A stretch of 64,000 nt of DNA from Bradymonadia bacterium (GTDB lineage Bacteria; Myxococcota_A; Bradymonadia; UBA7976; UBA1532). Location of the stretch: NCBI GenBank assembly GCA_046290225.1, contig JBKAGE010000082.1, forward strand, positions 1 to 64,000, given 5' to 3'. The position numbers and the translations under genes were made by a program. Below the pieces are notes generated by a model, which was not told the origin of the DNA, did not search any database, and worked only from the letters and a program-made list of their open reading frames with translations. Each line of letters starts with the position of its first letter. The first letter of the stretch is position 1. Below, piece by piece: positions 60,005 through 64,000 of the stretch.

Positions 60005-62167
60005 ATGAAACCCTCCAACCTTCGACTCTGGACCCTCTGCACAGCCCTCGCCGCCACTGGCTGTGTAGATCGCAGCGATGACGCCGCATCGGACGAGATG
60101 ACACCTATGGCCGGTGCAGGTGGCGGCGGTCCCATGGAGGGTCCCGGCGAGCGCCCTGGTGAAGGCCCGGGCGAAGGCCCTGGTGAGACGCCCATCGAAG
60201 AGCCTGCCCCCTTCTGTGGTGCCCAGGACGACACACTGCAGAGCATGGCGCTGCGCCCCGTGAGCGGCCAGGTGATCGTACGCCGCGACACGAGCAGCGG
60301 GGTGGAGCCCTGGGCTGCTGGCGTCGAGCTCGTGCTCACTCATCGGTTGACGGGCTTCACCACCCGCTTCGAGCTTGACGAAGAGGGTCGCTTCGAGGGT
60401 GAGGCGCACCCTGCTCAGTACACGGTGACGCTCGAAAACGTCGAGCGCGTCACCGGGGCTCTGCCCTCGAAACCGTTGAGCACCACCTGGACGGTGGCGG
60501 AAGACGACGCCGAGCCTTTGAGCTGGCACCTGGGCCTCGAGCCCATCGATACCTACCTGACTTTTGCCGGCGAGCCGCTGGGCCGGCAGTCTCGCTGCGG
60601 CATCGAGGTGGGTACGCTCACCTTCACGCATACACTCAAGGCACGGGCGTGGACGATCCCGGTCACGGACTTCTCTGAAGGAGAGGTACACGTGTGGCTG
60701 CCCGCCGGCGAGTACGCAGCCACGTGGAGCGGCCTGCCGAGTCGGGGGCTACCCGAAGGCACCCAGGACCTCGGCATCCACTCTCTGGGTGAGCGCCGAC
60801 CTCTGACACTCAGCCTGGGTGACACCTTCGTCAACACCACAGGTCTATTGATGCTCGACAACCAGGCGTTGCCAGAGTGGGAGATAGACAACCTCGATCT
60901 GCCCCGGGGTCATCTGGTCTTCCGCAGCCTCGACCATGACGGCTACACCCACGAAGTGCCGCTCACGAGCAGCGGCGAGGGTGACTTCTCCACCCTGCTG
61001 CTCCCAGGCCACTATGAGATCCTAGCCACCTCTTTGTTCCACCATGCGCCCTCGAGCGACGTGGTGGAGGACTACCGATACGAGACCTGGAGCCTGTGCC
61101 CCGCGGAGGGCTGTGATCTCAGCGCCGACGGATTCTTGTCCTTCGATCTGGCGAACGCCGTCCGCTTCGAGCCCGAGCCTGAGCCTGAGTGGCAATACCC
61201 CAACGCCGGCGCGTACTACCGATTCGGCGGCCAGCTCAACCTGATGGGTGACTGGCCCCCTGCAGGCATCGAGCTGCCCCCTGCTGTCGGTTACATCCGC
61301 TTCACCCATCACGACGACACGCTGCGCAGCGAAGATCGCCATCATGAGTTCCCCGTGGCCTCCAACGGCAGCTTCGGCGGCACGATGCCGGCGGGGCACT
61401 ACACCGTCGAACTGCGAGACTGCAGATACAACGATTGCACTGATGCATCCCCTCGGGGAGAGCTTGTGCTGAGCGAAGACTTCGAGTTCGGGGCCAACAC
61501 GGCACCCACCTTCGACGCCACCATCGTGGATCTCGAGATCAGCGTGACGGTGAACGGCGAGGAGATGGCCGATGACACGCTGCTCGGTGACGGTGACGCA
61601 GAACAGCGAATGGAGTCCCGCGGCCAGCTGAGCGTGGCCGGGTTCATGGTGGACTTTGGCGAAGAAGGCCCCGTCAGAGCCCGGCAGCGCGTCTTTGCGG
61701 GCACCTATGCACCCACCGTGAGCACCGTCGACACCCTCTGGAGTCGCAGCGACATCATGCAGCTGAGTCGGCAAGACGCCCTGCCCCACGCCTGGTACAC
61801 GCTGCCAGAGGTCGAGGTGGTGCACGGCGAGCCCCTGGAGATCGACCTGCAAGTGCACGAGATCACCGTGAGCGAAGCCCTCATCGACGCCGAGAGCATC
61901 TGGGGCGACCCGGATCTGGGCCAGCTGTTCGTGTTCCTCCGAGGCACCGCCGACGATCAGTATGTCTGGAGCGCGGGCCAGCTCACCGACGACGGCTTCA
62001 CCTTCAAGGCCTTCCCCGGCAGCTACTGGGTGGAGCTGGTCAACGTGGGCCCCACCAACGACCGCGGCTACCACACCCACGCCCTGCCCCGCTTCGACCA
62101 CAACTGGTGGAGCTGGAACGGCAACAGCGTCTTCCTCAACCCCATCTGCATCGGAGAGGCCCAGTGA
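60005..62167 (+). CDS. Hypothetical lipoprotein with repeated beta-sandwich (carboxypeptidase-regulatory-like) modules, paralog 1
   Basis: LAATGC lipobox; recurring GxF...LPxGxY pattern; GEGP repeats. Confidence 0.78.
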   Translation: MKPSNLRLWTLCTALAATGCVDRSDDAASDEMTPMAGAGGGGPMEGPGERPGEGPGEGPGETPIEEPAPFCGAQDDTLQSMALRPVSGQVIVRRDTSSGVEPWAAGVELVLTHRLTGFTTRFELDEEGRFEGEAHPAQYTVTLENVERVTGALPSKPLSTTWTVAEDDAEPLSWHLGLEPIDTYLTFAGEPLGRQSRCGIEVGTLTFTHTLKARAWTIPVTDFSEGEVHVWLPAGEYAATWSGLPSRGLPEGTQDLGIHSLGERRPLTLSLGDTFVNTTGLLMLDNQALPEWEIDNLDLPRGHLVFRSLDHDGYTHEVPLTSSGEGDFSTLLLPGHYEILATSLFHHAPSSDVVEDYRYETWSLCPAEGCDLSADGFLSFDLANAVRFEPEPEPEWQYPNAGAYYRFGGQLNLMGDWPPAGIELPPAVGYIRFTHHDDTLRSEDRHHEFPVASNGSFGGTMPAGHYTVELRDCRYNDCTDASPRGELVLSEDFEFGANTAPTFDATIVDLEISVTVNGEEMADDTLLGDGDAEQRMESRGQLSVAGFMVDFGEEGPVRARQRVFAGTYAPTVSTVDTLWSRSDIMQLSRQDALPHAWYTLPEVEVVHGEPLEIDLQVHEITVSEALIDAESIWGDPDLGQLFVFLRGTADDQYVWSAGQLTDDGFTFKAFPGSYWVELVNVGPTNDRGYHTHALPRFDHNWWSWNGNSVFLNPICIGEAQ

Positions 62168-64000
62168 AGACCTGCACCTACGCACCGCCGAGCCCCGCCC
62201 TGCCCCTGATGCTGCTCTTCGCGCTGTCGAGTGGTGTATCGGGCTGCATCGAAGATGCACAGACCGCAGCAGATGATGAGATGTCTGCCGAGCAGCAAGC
62301 CGACGCAGGTGTGTCCGACGCCCCTGACGAGATGGGGGACGACACCCCGGACATGATGGACGACACCCCGGACGATGCCCCGGACATGATGGACGAGCCG
62401 GCGCCTCTGCCTCCGGTGGTGTGCAGTGACGAGGGCCTCAACGCCGCCTTCGTAGAGATCACCGGTGAGGTCAGGTGGGAAGCAGCAGAATACCCCCAGA
62501 GCCCCTGGCCGAGGGGGAGCCGTGTCACGCTCACCGAGGTGTTCTCCGACTGGAAGGTCGAGGTGCCCCTCGAAGCCGACGGCACCTTCGCCGCGGAGAT
62601 GTACAGCGGGCTCTACCGCGTCACCGTGGATCGCTGCACCGAAGATCTCACCTGCAGTCAGTGGTACTACCCGCTCTCTGACGGCATCTTCGTCGATGCC
62701 GAGTCTGCTGCAGCACCTGTGCGGCTGTCTGCCGACTTACAGCGTTACGAGGGCCAGGTGTCCTTCGATGGCGCCCCCCTGCGACTGGGTGAGACTTCGG
62801 GTGCGGCAAAACTCATCTTCTTCGAGCACGACACCAACCGCCCGTGGGAGGTCGACCTCGATCCCGCCGCGCAAGGTATCTTCGTCGCGTGGCTGCCCCG
62901 GGACACCACCTTCGACGTGCGATGGTCTGCGAACGTGGTCCTCAACGCCGACGCCCCGTTCTTTCTGCCCTCAGGCGACATGCGCCTCGGGGAGGCGAGC
63001 CCGGACGAAGAGGGCCCCTTGAGCTTCAGCCTCGGCCAGCAGGTGGTCCGTGTCAGCGGTGCCCTGAACCTCGATGGCGAGGATCTGCCTGATCGACGGG
63101 GTCGCTCGTCCATGCAGCCTCGGGGGCAACTGCGCCTCTCCGGCATGGACGAACAAGACAATTTCCTGAACATCGAGATCGAGCCCAGTGGCCCTGTCCG
63201 ATATGACCTGGTGCTGCCTCCAGGGCGCTACGACGTGAACTTCTACAGCTACGGCTACCTCGAAGAGTTCGTCGACCCCAGCCTCTCGGGGCACCGCGCC
63301 TTTTCGCTCTGCCCTGTAGAAGGCTGCCTGATCGAGGCCGATGGCACCCTGGACTTCGACGTGCGCAACGCGATGCCCTATGTCGCTGAACCGAGCCCGG
63401 AGCCCACGTATGCACACCACACGCTCTCGGGCACCGTGGTGCTCACCGGAGATTGGGATCCGAGCACCGGGTTGAGCCCCGGTGGGTTGCTGCTCCAAGC
63501 CAACGGCGCCCCCACAGGCCTGAGCTACGAGGACACGTACAAGACACTCCCCATCAGCCCTGATGGTCGCTTCGAGGGCAATGTCGTCGCCGGGGTGAGC
63601 TACACCGTCTACATCGTCGGGTGTGAGTCCGACTGTCAGGCAGTACAACCCCTCGGCCGCCGTCTGCTCATGGAAGACTTTGTACTTGAGGGTGACACCG
63701 ACCAGGACTTCGAGGTGGACATCGCCGAGGTCTCCATTCACCTCACGGTCAACGGTGAGGAGATGGCCGACGACACCCTCCTCCGAGACGGCTCGGTGGA
63801 GCTTGATCGCTTCTCGAGCGTCTACGAACCACGGGCAGTGATCCGACTCTCTGAGGGTGCCTTGTGGCACTACGCCTCAGGCGTCGAATTCTCCATTGGT
63901 GAGACTGGCCCCGCTCGCATACAGGTGAAGGTCTTCTCCGACGACTATCACATCGCTCTGGTGAACGCCGAGCTCGTGGGCCGCAACACCGCGTGGCAGC
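62164..64000 (+). CDS. Hypothetical lipoprotein, paralog 2 of 60005..62167 (partial, runs off the right edge)
   Basis: Not in the ORF track. GTG at 62164 overlaps the upstream TGA and the frame is open to the window end. VSGC lipobox; shares SLCPxEGC and TVNGEEMADDTLL with paralog 1. Confidence 0.82.
   Translation, partial: MKTCTYAPPSPALPLMLLFALSSGVSGCIEDAQTAADDEMSAEQQADAGVSDAPDEMGDDTPDMMDDTPDDAPDMMDEPAPLPPVVCSDEGLNAAFVEITGEVRWEAAEYPQSPWPRGSRVTLTEVFSDWKVEVPLEADGTFAAEMYSGLYRVTVDRCTEDLTCSQWYYPLSDGIFVDAESAAAPVRLSADLQRYEGQVSFDGAPLRLGETSGAAKLIFFEHDTNRPWEVDLDPAAQGIFVAWLPRDTTFDVRWSANVVLNADAPFFLPSGDMRLGEASPDEEGPLSFSLGQQVVRVSGALNLDGEDLPDRRGRSSMQPRGQLRLSGMDEQDNFLNIEIEPSGPVRYDLVLPPGRYDVNFYSYGYLEEFVDPSLSGHRAFSLCPVEGCLIEADGTLDFDVRNAMPYVAEPSPEPTYAHHTLSGTVVLTGDWDPSTGLSPGGLLLQANGAPTGLSYEDTYKTLPISPDGRFEGNVVAGVSYTVYIVGCESDCQAVQPLGRRLLMEDFVLEGDTDQDFEVDIAEVSIHLTVNGEEMADDTLLRDGSVELDRFSSVYEPRAVIRLSEGALWHYASGVEFSIGETGPARIQVKVFSDDYHIALVNAELVGRNTAWQ

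Overview
This is GC-rich bacterial DNA, probably from a Myxococcota/Bradymonadia-like deltaproteobacterium. That assignment is an inference from the many lipoproteins, MYXO-CTERM-like tails and a TraB-like OmpA/TSP3 protein. Housekeeping genes (argS, a Thermotoga/plant-type RNase Z, ctaA, panB, panC, an M1 peptidase, a gamma-carbonic anhydrase and a GT2) are interspersed with secreted and surface proteins. The most striking region is about 21 kb long (23000-43798). It holds (i) three paralogous giant secreted proteins built as RCC1 propeller, TSP3 repeats, a ~400-aa left-handed beta-helix and a fibrinogen-type tip, where the tip differs in each copy; (ii) an MBOAT plus two tandem SGNH-like acyl-transfer genes; and (iii) a 3120-bp tandem duplication of a lipoprotein with permuted-papain (His...Cys) motifs and an inserted HhH module. 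Each duplicated copy has its own sigma54-type promoter and a downstream hairpin element with compensatory changes. Other notable items are a ~2100-aa adhesin with an internal MYXO-CTERM-like signal fused to a TraB-like barrel-OmpA, a CTGTAGCGGACG repeat with hairpin spacers at two loci, a pan-motif-like hairpin upstream of panB, and a BtuF-like protein fused to an unrelated domain. I recognised no rRNA, tRNA, cas gene, integrase, transposase or reverse transcriptase. All family calls come from motif reading by eye, not database searches.
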